A DNA stretch of 64,000 bases, from the NCBI GenBank assembly GCA_040758355.1, contig JBFLWF010000012.1:15870-79869 (forward strand), given 5' to 3'. The stretch is from Nitrospirota bacterium. Its GTDB lineage: Bacteria; Nitrospirota; Thermodesulfovibrionia; Thermodesulfovibrionales; Dissulfurispiraceae. The notes beneath the pieces are model-generated. The model saw only the letters and a program-made list of their open reading frames with translations. It did no database searches and had not been told where the DNA came from. The position numbers were made by a program, and so were the translations under genes. This document shows, one piece after another, positions 1 to 10,497 of the stretch. Numbering within the stretch: the first letter of the stretch is position 1; each line of letters begins with the position of its first letter.

Positions 1-30
1 GTTGAATGTTATTCTCTTGAATTCCTTCAT
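1..30 (-). CDS. 5' fragment of a gene running off the window (MKEFKRITFN...), possibly DUF433 family
   Basis: ATG at 28-30 with GGAGG RBS at 37-41; RITFN resembles DUF433 N-termini; only 10 codons visible. Confidence 0.35.
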   Translation of the reverse strand, partial: MKEFKRITFN

Positions 31-262
31 ATCATACCTCCAGGAAAGCTTTGCTGAGTTTATTATATAACAGCTTACTGCCTTTTACATCTTCCCCCTT
101 CATTCTATTAGTCGCTTTCAATCTCCAGCCCTCTGCCCGATTGATAATGTGCCCGTCCTTTTTTGTTCTTCCAAAACCAGTCTCTGACCCTATTATTTAC
201 GCTCTATTATTTACGCTCAAGAGGTTATTCAGACATCTTTAAACAAATTCGGCTGTGTTTTT

Positions 263-1204
263 TTATTGGACATAGCCACTTCTCCCTAAAATCCTTATCT
301 CCGGCTCAAGAATAATCCCGAATTTATCTTTCACCTTTTTGCCCACAATATCCATAAGTTTGAGAAAATCATCTGCCGTTCCCTTTCCAGTATTTATAAA
401 GAAATTGGCGTGCATTGCGCTGACCTCTATGTCTCCAACCCTCATGCCCTTGCATCCTGCATCATCTATAAGCTTGCCTGCAGCAATATCTTTTGGGTTC
501 TTAAATACGCATCCTGCGGATGGCTTTGACACAGGCTGTCTTGATTTCTTTTCATTGATAAATTCTACAAACCTTTTTTTAATTTCAAACGGTTCATCTT
601 TCTTAAGGGACAAAACAGCACTAAGAATAATAGAACCTGAAGGAATCTTTGCGCTTCTATACTGAAAGCTCATATCACTTGCAGATAATTCTTTTATGCC
701 TCCATCAGGCATTAATAGATTAACCGATTTAATCACGTCCTTTATCTCGCATCCGAATGAGCCTGCATTTCCGGCAATTGCGCCTCCCATAGAACCAGGA
801 ATGCCTGCAAGCCCTTCCATTCCTGACAATCCTTCATCCACACATAAGTTTATGACCTTCTGTAGAGAGCATCCTGACTGAACAAGAATAAATTCTTCGT
901 CGGACTGCTGAATGCTGATTGCTGACTGCTGGCTTTTTATGTTATTCATCTTCGATGTGAAAATCACAGCACCATCGATGCCCCTGTCTTTTACCAGTAT
1001 GTTTGTGCCGCCGCCGATAACAATATACGGGATTCCTTCTTTGGTAAGAGTTTTTATAAGTTCAGGCAAGGAGGGTTCATCGGGGAATAATGCAATATCG
1101 GCAGGGCCGCCTATTTTTAAGGAGGTGTGCATCGACATGGGTTCGTTGAACCGCATGTCAATGTTTCTGGAAATACAGAACTCTCTCAATAGTTCATAGT
1201 TCAT
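263..1204 (-). CDS. murB: UDP-N-acetylenolpyruvoylglucosamine reductase
   Basis: GGGTN, GIPGSMGGA, SAGCVFKNP, HANFFIN, LEPEI motifs; dcw context. Confidence 0.96.
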   Translation of the reverse strand: MNYELLREFCISRNIDMRFNEPMSMHTSLKIGGPADIALFPDEPSLPELIKTLTKEGIPYIVIGGGTNILVKDRGIDGAVIFTSKMNNIKSQQSAISIQQSDEEFILVQSGCSLQKVINLCVDEGLSGMEGLAGIPGSMGGAIAGNAGSFGCEIKDVIKSVNLLMPDGGIKELSASDMSFQYRSAKIPSGSIILSAVLSLKKDEPFEIKKRFVEFINEKKSRQPVSKPSAGCVFKNPKDIAAGKLIDDAGCKGMRVGDIEVSAMHANFFINTGKGTADDFLKLMDIVGKKVKDKFGIILEPEIRILGRSGYVQ

Positions 1205-1416
1205 ACCAAATTGAGCGATTCTAAGTTTAAAATATATGTCAGGTGCGGCGAAAAAACTTTAAACTCCGCACTTGCAAAGACATCTATCTTGTATCCGTAT
1301 TCTACAACATTGAATCCTTTTTGAGTAATGCATATATTATCTTATAGCTGCACTTGAAACAACACTTTTTAAAGTCCTTGAGCCGTGCCTGACATATATA
1401 ATCGCTCAACTTAGGT
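1205..1416. repeat. ~210-bp dispersed element with imperfect terminal inverted arms, copy A
   Basis: TTGAGCGATT..TATATGTCAGGTGCGGC..ACTTTAAA / TTTAAAGT..GCCGTGCCTGACATATA..AATCGCTCAA; homologous to 17423-17634 and 21764-21976. Confidence 0.9.
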
Positions 1417-2782
1417 TTAACTTTTTCAATATCTCTTCGCCCATCTTATATACATCGCCTGCACCGAGGGTTATGAGCACATCCCCCTGTTTCAGCTCAG
1501 ACGCTATCCTTTCCATCATTTCTTTCCTGTCAGGAATATAGGTCAGATTTTCAAATCCTGTGCCTCGTATCCTTTGAGCAAGGACTTCCGAGTTTATTCC
1601 CTTAATCGGCCTTTCGCTTGCAGGATATATGTCCATTAAAAACAGCTTATCCGCATTGCCGAAGCTCATTGCAAACTCATCCATCAAATCCCTTGTGCGT
1701 GTGTATCTGTGGGGCTGAAATAAAACGACCACCCTGTTGCCGTTGAAGCATTCCCTTGCTGCCTTGAGCGTAGCCATTATTTCTGAAGGATGATGTCCGT
1801 AATCATCAAAAACCTTGATGTCACTTGCCTCGCCCTTAAATTCGAATCTGCGTTGTATTCCGCTGAAATTGCTCAATGCCTTTGCAATGACATCCACAGG
1901 GATCTGCAGTTCCATGGCAACGGCTATTGCCGACAGGCTGTTCAGTACATTATGTTTTCCGGGCACAGGAAGGGTGAACATCCCCAGCGATTTTCCTTTA
2001 TATACTGCCTCAAAGCTCATCCTTATGCCTGAATGCTCTATATTCCTCGCATAGATGTCCGCATGTTCGGATAATCCGTAGGTCAGGTATTTCCTCTGGA
2101 TTAATGGAATTATCTCCCTGAGATATTCATTCTCCATGCAGACAACCGCAATCCCGTAAAAGGGTATCTTGTTTATGAATAATAGAAACGCTTGTTTCAA
2201 TACATCCATATCCGTGAAGTAATCCATGTGTTCCCTGTCTATGTTGGTTATAACAGCAATTGTTGGATTGAGCTTAAGAAAAGAGCCGTCGCTTTCATCT
2301 GCCTCTGCCACAATATAGTCGCCCTGTCCCAGCTTTGCATTGCTTCCCATGGACTTGAGCTTTCCGCCTATAATCACTGTCGGGTCAAGTCCGCCTTCGC
2401 CGAGCATGGTTGCAATAAGCGATGTTGTGGTCGTCTTACCGTGAGCGCCTGCAACGAGGATTCCGTATTTAAGCCTGCCCAGTTCGGCAAGCATCTCTGC
2501 CCTCGGTATTACAGGGATAGACCTCTGCTTCGCTTCTAAAACCTCCGGATTATCGGCAGAGACAGCAGAGGATATAACAACGACATGGGCGCTATCTATA
2601 TTTTCTCCATTATGCCCTATAAATATCTTTATGCCGAGGTTACTCAATCTATTGGTCGTCTCTGATTCCTTTATATCCGAGCCCGTGACCTCATATCCGA
2701 GGTTATGCAGCACCTCTGCGATACCGCTCATTCCAATGCCACCGATGCCGACAAAATGAATTATCCTGTATTTATTGAACAT
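1406..2782 (-). CDS. murC: UDP-N-acetylmuramate--L-alanine ligase
   Basis: HFVGIGGIGMSG, GAHGKTTT, EADESDGSF, DDYGHHP, FQPHRYTRT. Confidence 0.98.
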   Translation of the reverse strand: MFNKYRIIHFVGIGGIGMSGIAEVLHNLGYEVTGSDIKESETTNRLSNLGIKIFIGHNGENIDSAHVVVISSAVSADNPEVLEAKQRSIPVIPRAEMLAELGRLKYGILVAGAHGKTTTTSLIATMLGEGGLDPTVIIGGKLKSMGSNAKLGQGDYIVAEADESDGSFLKLNPTIAVITNIDREHMDYFTDMDVLKQAFLLFINKIPFYGIAVVCMENEYLREIIPLIQRKYLTYGLSEHADIYARNIEHSGIRMSFEAVYKGKSLGMFTLPVPGKHNVLNSLSAIAVAMELQIPVDVIAKALSNFSGIQRRFEFKGEASDIKVFDDYGHHPSEIMATLKAARECFNGNRVVVLFQPHRYTRTRDLMDEFAMSFGNADKLFLMDIYPASERPIKGINSEVLAQRIRGTGFENLTYIPDRKEMMERIASELKQGDVLITLGAGDVYKMGEEILKKLNLS

Positions 2783-2796
2783 TCCTCACTCCTGTT

Positions 2797-3000
2797 AATC
2801 TCGAATTACCTAAAATATGGCAGCAGGTGCGCTGAAAAGACTTTACACTTCGGAATATCATAAAACATTCTCTTAAATCCGTCACCTACTACATTGCTTT
2901 CTTTTTATGTAAAAGCGTTAATAGTCTTCTGGTATGCACAAAGAACAACGACTTTGTAAAGTCTTTGATGCACACCTGCTGCCATACATTCGTTTGAATT
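2797..3000. repeat. Diverged copy B of the ~210-bp element
   Basis: TATGGCAGCAGGTGCGC..AAAGACTTTAC / GTAAAGTCTTT..GCACACCTGCTGCCATA arms; shares internal ATCCGT..CTAC.ACATTG. Confidence 0.75.
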
Positions 3001-4115
3001 CATTTCTTTATCAAACTCATCGCTAAATCCACGATCTTTTCTGCCGCATCCGTTCTTCCGAACGCCAGAGCTGCCTTCTGCATCTCCTTCCTCGCCTTCT
3101 CATCAACATGGAAATCCCTTATAGCATCTGCCAGCACCTCGCCTCGCAACTCCCTGTCGAGTATCATACGTGCAGCTCCCATGTCTTCGAGCTTTCTTGC
3201 GTTAGACTCTTGATGGTTTGACGCTGCATGGGGGAACGGTATCAATATGGCCGGCTTGCCTATGGCTGTAATCTCTGACAGGGTTGTAGCCCCTGCCCTG
3301 CAAATAACCATATCAGCTATGGAATAGGCCTCTGCCATCTGGTATATAAAAGGAACTACAATGCCGTTAAAGCCGAGCCTCCTGTAAGTATCCTTCACGG
3401 TTTCATAATCGCGCTCTCCTGTCTGGTGGAGAAACTGGATATTTTGCCTTAAATCCAGAAGGTAATTCAATGCCTCTACCATTGCGCTGTTTATGCTCTT
3501 TGCACCTGAACTGCCGCCGAACACAAACACGGTGAATTTCTCCTTTTCGAGGGGGAATAATCCGTAAGCCTTGTTTTCATCGCGCTGCAGTATCTGTTTC
3601 CTTATGGGATTTCCTGTCAGATATGATTTCTCTTTCGGGAAAAAAGAGATGCTCTCCTGATATGTTAGGGCAATTGCATCCACGAATTTACCGAGGAGCT
3701 TATTTGCAAATCCAGGCACGGAGTTCTGTTCGAGTATTATTGTTGGGATACCCTTAAAATGTGCTGTAAGCACCATGCCCACAGATGCATAACCGCCGAC
3801 CCCGATGACGACATCCGGCCTTACCGACCTGAGAATACTGTAAGCGCCTGAAAGAGAGAAAAGAAATGCAATTAGCGCCCTGATTTTCTTAAATAAGGAT
3901 TTTCCTACCAGTCCCTCTGCCTTTAAAAACCTTATGGGATAACCTTCTCTGGGGATAACTCGCGACTCTATCCCATGCTCTGTCCCGACAAAGACCATGT
4001 CACTTTTTTGTATTCTTTCTTTTGGCCCCTGACTCCTGTTAAGGAACTCTTCTGCCACTGCGATGCCGGGATAGAGGTGTCCACCCGTACCACCGCCTGC
4101 AATTATTATTTTCAT
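3000..4115 (-). CDS. murG: Undecaprenyl-PP-MurNAc-pentapeptide GlcNAc transferase
   Basis: GGGTGGH, GGYAS, EQN, GGSSGA, RAGATT motifs. Confidence 0.98.
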   Translation of the reverse strand: MKIIIAGGGTGGHLYPGIAVAEEFLNRSQGPKERIQKSDMVFVGTEHGIESRVIPREGYPIRFLKAEGLVGKSLFKKIRALIAFLFSLSGAYSILRSVRPDVVIGVGGYASVGMVLTAHFKGIPTIILEQNSVPGFANKLLGKFVDAIALTYQESISFFPKEKSYLTGNPIRKQILQRDENKAYGLFPLEKEKFTVFVFGGSSGAKSINSAMVEALNYLLDLRQNIQFLHQTGERDYETVKDTYRRLGFNGIVVPFIYQMAEAYSIADMVICRAGATTLSEITAIGKPAILIPFPHAASNHQESNARKLEDMGAARMILDRELRGEVLADAIRDFHVDEKARKEMQKAALAFGRTDAAEKIVDLAMSLIKK

Positions 4116-4157
4116 AAGGTTTGCCCTGCCATGCTATTTTAGTAAAATGATAAAAAA

Positions 4158-5420
4158 CTATGTCCTTTTCATTTTACTATATCTTCTATATCCCTGTCCC
4201 CTCTGCCATCGTGATTGTTGATCAGCAGACAGTTTATAATGGGTACGGGCAGGAACCGTTACATCGGCTACAGGTTTGTTCATGACATGCGTCCTGTGTT
4301 CTGTTCCGTCTTTGGCAGACTGCACCTTAGAGACATTCAACAGTAATCCTATGGCTGTCATGCTGACAAGGAGCGACGAGCCTCCGTAGCTTATAAACGG
4401 CAGGGGAAGACCCTTTGTCGGGACCATCCCTGTGACAACAGCGAAATTGATAACAGCCTGAACCGCTATCATTATGGATATGCCGAATGCAAGGTAATGT
4501 GCGAATGTATCAGATGTTTTCCGCGCAATGCCGATCCCCTTAATAAACATTACAAAGAACAAAAAGACCACAAAAACCACGCCAATAAAACCCAATTCCT
4601 CGCCGATCAATGAAAAGATAAAATCCGTATGTACCTCAGGCAGAAATGAGAGCTTCTGTTTTCCTTCTCCCAATCCCACCCCATTAATGCCTCCGCTTCC
4701 GAGGGCTATGAATGACTGAACAAGCTGAAACCCGCTGCCCTGGGCGTCCTTCCACGGATCGAGGAATGCCGCAACCCTCTTCCATCGATACGGTTCTGAT
4801 ATGAGCTTGAAAATGACAGGAATGGCAACGATGCCGAGGGATAATATATAGCGCAATCTTATGCCTGATAAAAAGAGCATGGCTATTGTCAGTATGCCAA
4901 GACTCATGACAGCGCCGAAGTCGGGCTGTTTTAGAAATATAACCTGAAACATTCCCATTATCCCTACAGGAATGGCAAACGACAAAAATTTGTCCTTCCT
5001 GTAACTCGGAAGGCTCATGTACCATGAAAGGAATATAACCATCGAAAGCTTCACGAGCTCCGAAGGCTGAAATGTGGAAGGCCAGATCCTTATCCATCTC
5101 CTTGCTCCTCCGGCAGTAACGCCCAGTTTTGTAAAGACCATTACCAGACAGACGAGCGATACAACAAGCAGGGGTATGGACATTTTTTTCAGATATTGCA
5201 GGGGCACTTTATATGCAATAAACATGGCGATCAAACCCAGCAAAACCGTAAACAACTGCTTCTTCAGAAAGCCGAACTGACTTATGACCACGCCTTTTTT
5301 CCGGTACTTCTCCACCATGTCAGGGGAAATCACAGATGTAGAGCTATATACAGCCATCAGACCGATTAATATAAGGAGAAGTACAATAAACAATATCCAT
5401 TTGTCATACTGCTGCTTCAT
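4158..5420 (-). CDS. ftsW: SEDS peptidoglycan polymerase FtsW
   Basis: GARRWI, FQPSE, QPDFG, LPEVHTDFIF, PFISYGGSS. Confidence 0.96.
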   Translation of the reverse strand: MKQQYDKWILFIVLLLILIGLMAVYSSTSVISPDMVEKYRKKGVVISQFGFLKKQLFTVLLGLIAMFIAYKVPLQYLKKMSIPLLVVSLVCLVMVFTKLGVTAGGARRWIRIWPSTFQPSELVKLSMVIFLSWYMSLPSYRKDKFLSFAIPVGIMGMFQVIFLKQPDFGAVMSLGILTIAMLFLSGIRLRYILSLGIVAIPVIFKLISEPYRWKRVAAFLDPWKDAQGSGFQLVQSFIALGSGGINGVGLGEGKQKLSFLPEVHTDFIFSLIGEELGFIGVVFVVFLFFVMFIKGIGIARKTSDTFAHYLAFGISIMIAVQAVINFAVVTGMVPTKGLPLPFISYGGSSLLVSMTAIGLLLNVSKVQSAKDGTEHRTHVMNKPVADVTVPARTHYKLSADQQSRWQRGQGYRRYSKMKRT

Positions 5421-6853
5421 AGCTCCATTACCGCCTTTTTAAACTGCCTCCCCCTGTCCTCGAAATCCCTGAACATATCAAAACTGGCGCACGCAGGCGA
5501 TAGCAAAACCACATCTCCTGGAGAGGCTGCATGCTTTGCCTTTATTACCGCTGCCTTAAAATCCTCTTCCATAAAAACATCTTTTGCCACGTCCCCCACT
5601 GCCTTTTTTATCTTGTCCCTTGCCTCACCGATAAGGACAAGGGACTTAACTTTTTCTTTAATAAGCGGTCTCAAAATTGTAAAATCGCTGTCCTTATCCC
5701 TTCCGCCTGCAATAAGCACTACAGGCTCGCTGAAGCTCTCAAGGGATTTTATAACAGCCCCAACATTGGTTCCCTTGGAATCGTTGATGAACTTTACACC
5801 GTCTATTTCCCTGACAAACTCAAGCCTGTGCTCAAGTCCCGGAAAGATTTTCAGTGTACTGATTACGGTATCGGCACTGCAGCCTGACAATAGCGCCATC
5901 AAAGAAGCAGCCATGGCATTTTCGATATTATGGACGCCTTTAATTTTAAAGGTTGAAGGATCAAGGCAATAGGCTATAGGCGATAGGCCATGGGCTTCAA
6001 CTTCAGGGATATTAAAGCGTATTAAACCGTCTTTGTAAAAAGCGCCTTTAACCTCTTTTTTTCTGCTAAAGTAAAAAATCTCCGGTCTATTGCCTATTGC
6101 CCATTGCCTATTGCCTATTTTCTCTATCTCTTCAGTTGCCGGGTCATCCGCATTCAATACCAGAAAGTCTCCTGACCTTTGATTCAGGAATATCCTGCAT
6201 TTCGCATCGATATAATCGGACATTGAATGGTATCTGTCCAGATGGTCGGGTGTTATATTGAGTATTGCTGCACCTTTTGGCCTGAATGCATCGATAGTCT
6301 CGAGCTGAAAACTCGATACCTCCGCAACAATGTAGCTGATAGCTGACGGCTGATGGCTGATAACTTTCTGTATCTCTTCTGTAAGCGCATTGCCTATGTT
6401 ACCGCCGACAATGGCATTAAACCCGCTGTTTTTTACCATCTCGTAAAGGAGTGCAGTAGTTGTCGATTTTCCATTGGTTCCGGTCACAGCAAGAAATTCT
6501 GTCTTTCTATTGCTGACTGCTGACTGCTGACCGCTGACTATCTGATACGCCAGTTCCAGTTCGCCTATTATCTTTATCCCTTTTTCCGATGCTGCTTTCA
6601 GAGGCGCGATATTTAAAGGTACGCCCGGACTTACAATAATAAGGTCTGTATTTTCGAATAACTCCGCGGGATGATTACCGAGTTGCAGTTTAATATCAGG
6701 ATTAAGTTTTTTCAGGAACGTTTCGAGTTCCCTGATATTTTTTTTGTCTGTTACTGTAACTAAGGCGCCGAGTTTAGAAAGGAGATTGGCTGCGCCAACG
6801 CCGCTTCTGGCAAGGCCAACAATGGTAACCTTCTTACCCTTTACATCTGTCAA
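5417..6853 (-). CDS. murD: UDP-MurNAc-L-Ala--D-glutamate ligase with four heptamer-repeat insertions
   Basis: GLARSG, SPGV, GTNGKSTT, EVSSFQL, NDSKGTN, LSPACASFD. Confidence 0.97.
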   Translation of the reverse strand: MTDVKGKKVTIVGLARSGVGAANLLSKLGALVTVTDKKNIRELETFLKKLNPDIKLQLGNHPAELFENTDLIIVSPGVPLNIAPLKAASEKGIKIIGELELAYQIVSGQQSAVSNRKTEFLAVTGTNGKSTTTALLYEMVKNSGFNAIVGGNIGNALTEEIQKVISHQPSAISYIVAEVSSFQLETIDAFRPKGAAILNITPDHLDRYHSMSDYIDAKCRIFLNQRSGDFLVLNADDPATEEIEKIGNRQWAIGNRPEIFYFSRKKEVKGAFYKDGLIRFNIPEVEAHGLSPIAYCLDPSTFKIKGVHNIENAMAASLMALLSGCSADTVISTLKIFPGLEHRLEFVREIDGVKFINDSKGTNVGAVIKSLESFSEPVVLIAGGRDKDSDFTILRPLIKEKVKSLVLIGEARDKIKKAVGDVAKDVFMEEDFKAAVIKAKHAASPGDVVLLSPACASFDMFRDFEDRGRQFKKAVMEL

Positions 6854-6898
6854 TTCTTATACCCGACCTCGCTGTGTTTTTAACCTCAACAAAAATAC

Positions 6899-7996
6899 TC
6901 ATGATTTATCCGTTGATTCATGTCTGCGGACAGAAAGCTCCTTACCCGAAGACTTCTTTGTTTTCTTTTTGTCTATCTTTGCATGAGAGTTTTTCTTGTG
7001 ACTTGCATGAGCAACCTTTTTTGCCTTGTATTTATGCCTCTTTGCAATTGATTTTTTATGCTTATGTTTTTTATCTGCCTTATACGATGCAAAAACCACA
7101 GGCCTTTCATCCTCGCTGCTGAAAAAGATCATGGGTTCTGCCTTCTGGTTTAAGACATCGTAACCTTTTGATAAAAGCACCGTAGAATCCTCCCATAGAT
7201 TGTCCCGTGCCGATTCGCCCAGGACAGCGGCTATGAGCGTATTTTGTTCCCTTTTTGCAGCACAGACAAAGCAGTGCCTTGCTGCCCTTGTGTACCCTGT
7301 TTTCCCTCCAATGTTTTCTTCATCTGTCCAGAGAAGCTGGTTTGTATTTTTAACGAATATCCTTCTTCCGCTCTCAGAGAATATCTCTTTTGCCCGTGTG
7401 TTGACTACCTCACGAATCAAAGGATATCCGAGAGATTTTTTCATGATTATGGCAAGGTCAAAGGCTGTTATATATTGGTCAGGGCCTGGAAGTCCGGAGG
7501 CATTCATGAACCTCGTATTTTCTGCGCCCAGATGGATTGCCTTGTCATTCATCATCGATACAAATGCATCCTCAGAGCCTGCAGTCGCTTCTGCAAGGGC
7601 AACGGCAGCGCTGTTCACAGACCTCATGAGGGCAAGATACAAAAGGTCTCTTACACTGAACCGTTCCCCTTTCCTGAGGTGGGGGCTTACCGATGGTGTG
7701 TTGGCCGCATTCTCGCTGATTGTGATAATGGAATCAGGATTAAGCCTGTCCAGGGCAACCATTGCTGTTATGAGCTTTGTGGTACTTGCAGGAGGCTGCT
7801 TCAGATTTGGGTTCTTTGCATAAAGTATCTTTTCGCTTGCACTGTCTATAACTACCGCAGCCCTTGCAGAGATATCATCGGCATAGACAGTGGACAGAGA
7901 ATAGTGAATAGTGAATAGAAAGACAACAAGTATAAATAAAAAGATTTCCCTGCCGCCCTTGACCCTTGACCCTTGACCCTCGATCCTTTTCTTCAT
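6899..7996 (-). CDS. D-alanyl-D-alanine carboxypeptidase (peptidase S11) with Lys/His-rich C-terminal tail
   Basis: PASTTK (SxxK), SVN (SxN), GGKTG motifs; N-terminal hydrophobic segment. Confidence 0.9.
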   Translation of the reverse strand: MKKRIEGQGSRVKGGREIFLFILVVFLFTIHYSLSTVYADDISARAAVVIDSASEKILYAKNPNLKQPPASTTKLITAMVALDRLNPDSIITISENAANTPSVSPHLRKGERFSVRDLLYLALMRSVNSAAVALAEATAGSEDAFVSMMNDKAIHLGAENTRFMNASGLPGPDQYITAFDLAIIMKKSLGYPLIREVVNTRAKEIFSESGRRIFVKNTNQLLWTDEENIGGKTGYTRAARHCFVCAAKREQNTLIAAVLGESARDNLWEDSTVLLSKGYDVLNQKAEPMIFFSSEDERPVVFASYKADKKHKHKKSIAKRHKYKAKKVAHASHKKNSHAKIDKKKTKKSSGKELSVRRHESTDKS

Positions 7997-7999
7997 ATC

Positions 8000-9082
8000 T
8001 CACCTCAATTTTAATGTTGCAAGGCTGAATAATGCAAGGATTATTCCTACAATCCAGAATCTCACGATGACCTTCGGCTCGGGCCATCCCTTTAACTCAA
8101 AATGGTGGTGTATGGGCGCCATCTTGAATATCCTCCTGCCTGTAAGTTTAAACGACATAACCTGCATTACAACGGATACTGTCTCTATAACGAATATGCC
8201 TCCCACAACAGCAAGGACTATCTCGTGTTTTGTTATAACGGCGAGTGTGCCCAGTGCGCCTCCAAGCGACAATGACCCGACATCCCCCATAAAGACCTCT
8301 GCAGGATGTGAGTTGTACCATAAGAACCCCAGCGAAGCACCGAGCATGGCCCCGCAGAATACCGTCAATTCACCGATCCCGGGAATATATAGAACCTGCA
8401 GATATTTTGCGAACTGTGCATGGCCGGATATATACACAAGGGCTACATTGGCTATGGTGGCGATGGCAACAAGGCCTATGGCAAGACCGTCTATGCCGTC
8501 TGTGAGGTTCACGGCATTGGAAGATCCGACAATAACAAAAACCGAAAACGGTATATAAAAATAGCCGAGGTCAAAAAGCCATTTCTTGAAAAATGGTATG
8601 CTCAAAACATCGTTATAGGGATCCTTCGGATTCGTATAAAGGAATATTCCTATCAACAGGGCAAGCAATAACTGTAAACCGAACTTGTACAAAGCCTTCA
8701 ATCCCTTTGGATTCCGCTTTACCGATTTCAGATAATCATCGCAAAAACCGATGGCGCCAAAACCCAGCAGCGAAGTCATCACCACACAGATATAGATATT
8801 CCTGAAATTCCCCCACATCAGCATGGAGACAGTGATTGACGCCAGAATTATAATGCCGCCCATTGTCGGTGTACCGGCCTTTGAATAATGGGTCTTAGGG
8901 CCGTCGTCCCTTATCTGCTGGGTCATACTTATCTTTCTGAGCCACCGTATGATATGAGGCGCAATAATGAATGTGACTATCAGGGCGGTCATTGCTGCCA
9001 GGGATGTCCTGAATGTTATATACCTGAATACATTAAAAGGAGAAAAATAGTTATGCAGGCTGTAAAGCAGTTCGTAGAGCAT
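8000..9082 (-). CDS. mraY: Phospho-N-acetylmuramoyl-pentapeptide transferase
   Basis: GTPTMGG, NAVNLTDGIDGL, FMGDVGS, MAPIHHHFE. Confidence 0.98.
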   Translation of the reverse strand: MLYELLYSLHNYFSPFNVFRYITFRTSLAAMTALIVTFIIAPHIIRWLRKISMTQQIRDDGPKTHYSKAGTPTMGGIIILASITVSMLMWGNFRNIYICVVMTSLLGFGAIGFCDDYLKSVKRNPKGLKALYKFGLQLLLALLIGIFLYTNPKDPYNDVLSIPFFKKWLFDLGYFYIPFSVFVIVGSSNAVNLTDGIDGLAIGLVAIATIANVALVYISGHAQFAKYLQVLYIPGIGELTVFCGAMLGASLGFLWYNSHPAEVFMGDVGSLSLGGALGTLAVITKHEIVLAVVGGIFVIETVSVVMQVMSFKLTGRRIFKMAPIHHHFELKGWPEPKVIVRFWIVGIILALFSLATLKLR

Positions 9083-9084
9083 AC

Positions 9085-10497
9085 TCAGCCCCTGTGCTGT
9101 CCCGAAAAGTCCCCGGTGAAACCAACAGACTCTTTGGAACTCTCTATTGCGGCCATTACCCTTTCCATCCTCATTCCCCTCGAACCCTTTATCAAAACGA
9201 TATCTCCATCATCGATTATCTCGCTCAACTTCACTCCGGCATCCTCTGACGTATCTGCGTATATACCATTTCCCCTGAATTCGGAAACAGCAAAGGACAT
9301 CAACGGCCCCACACCTATAAAGACATCCACAGAAATGTCCGAAAGCCTCTGCCCCAATTTTTTATGTTCTGTAACCCCGTAATCGCCAAGTTCCAGCATA
9401 TCCCCCAAAACTGCAATGGCCCTCTTGTATTTGCCTGAACTCACGAGCCTTGTCAGTTCATTGATGGACTCTTCCATGGATGAAGGATTTGCATTATAAA
9501 CATCGTTGAGAAATGTCACGCCTCTGTTCTTTTTTATCTCAAACCTCATATTAACGCCTTCGAAGGATTCCAGACCCTTTTTTATCTCTTGCAGGTTGAA
9601 TCCAACGGCATACGCGGCAGCGGCTCCGGCAAGGGAATTATACACATTAAAACGTCCCTGTATCTTTAGGTTTATATCAATGCACTCCTTTCCTGCACAT
9701 AAAAGAAATCCAGTACCTTCATCGGAAAAGACAATATCTCTGGCGATTAAATCTGCATCCTGCGTTTCTATTGCAAAGGTTATAATTTCCCCTTTAAACT
9801 TTGCACTCACGCCTTCCATGAGGAACGAGTCATCGGCATTCACGACCAATTTCTTTACAAAAGGCGCTATTTCAAGCTCGGCATCCCTGACCTTATACAG
9901 TGAGCCGAAACCCTGAAGGTGCTCATACCCTATGTTGGTAATAACCCCGATGTCAGGCAGTGCAATGCTGCACAGCTCATCCACATCTCCCGGCCTGTTC
10001 GTCCCCATCTCAAGCACCATGATGCGTGTATTTTTATCCATCATGGTGATGGAAAGGGGCATCCCGATATGGTTGTTGAGGTTTCCCGATGTCTTGAGTA
10101 CACTCAGCCGTGTGTTGAGAATTGATGATATGAATTCCTTTGTTGTTGTCTTGCCATTGCTCCCCACCACGCCGATAACATGCCCCTTGAATCTTTTTCT
10201 CATATACCGCGCTAAATTATGGAGGGCAAGGAGGGTATTATCTACGAGGATAATAGTTCTATCCTCGATTGGCAAACCTTGAGCCATGAATTGCAGATTA
10301 TTGACAACGGCACCACCGCCGGACTTCAAGGCATCAATGAGGAAATCGTGGCCGTCGAACCGGTCCCCCTTTAATGCGATGAGTAATTCGCCGCTCTTTA
10401 TTGTTCGTGAGTCTATGGACACGCCGGTAAATTCGGCATTTCCCTCAACGACAATACTGCCGCCTGTTGCCTTGATTATGTCCCTGATGCTCAGCAT
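9085..10497 (-). CDS. murF: UDP-MurNAc-tripeptide--D-Ala-D-Ala ligase
   Basis: IDSR, GSNGKTTTK, GNLNNHIG, YNANPSS, GDMLELG, KGSRG; ATG overlapping murE stop. Confidence 0.97.
   Translation of the reverse strand: MLSIRDIIKATGGSIVVEGNAEFTGVSIDSRTIKSGELLIALKGDRFDGHDFLIDALKSGGGAVVNNLQFMAQGLPIEDRTIILVDNTLLALHNLARYMRKRFKGHVIGVVGSNGKTTTKEFISSILNTRLSVLKTSGNLNNHIGMPLSITMMDKNTRIMVLEMGTNRPGDVDELCSIALPDIGVITNIGYEHLQGFGSLYKVRDAELEIAPFVKKLVVNADDSFLMEGVSAKFKGEIITFAIETQDADLIARDIVFSDEGTGFLLCAGKECIDINLKIQGRFNVYNSLAGAAAAYAVGFNLQEIKKGLESFEGVNMRFEIKKNRGVTFLNDVYNANPSSMEESINELTRLVSSGKYKRAIAVLGDMLELGDYGVTEHKKLGQRLSDISVDVFIGVGPLMSFAVSEFRGNGIYADTSEDAGVKLSEIIDDGDIVLIKGSRGMRMERVMAAIESSKESVGFTGDFSGQHRG

Noticed and set aside
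190..218. 14-bp tandem duplicate CTATTATTTACGCT
   Set aside because: Only two copies and no assignable function; may belong to the period-7 family.
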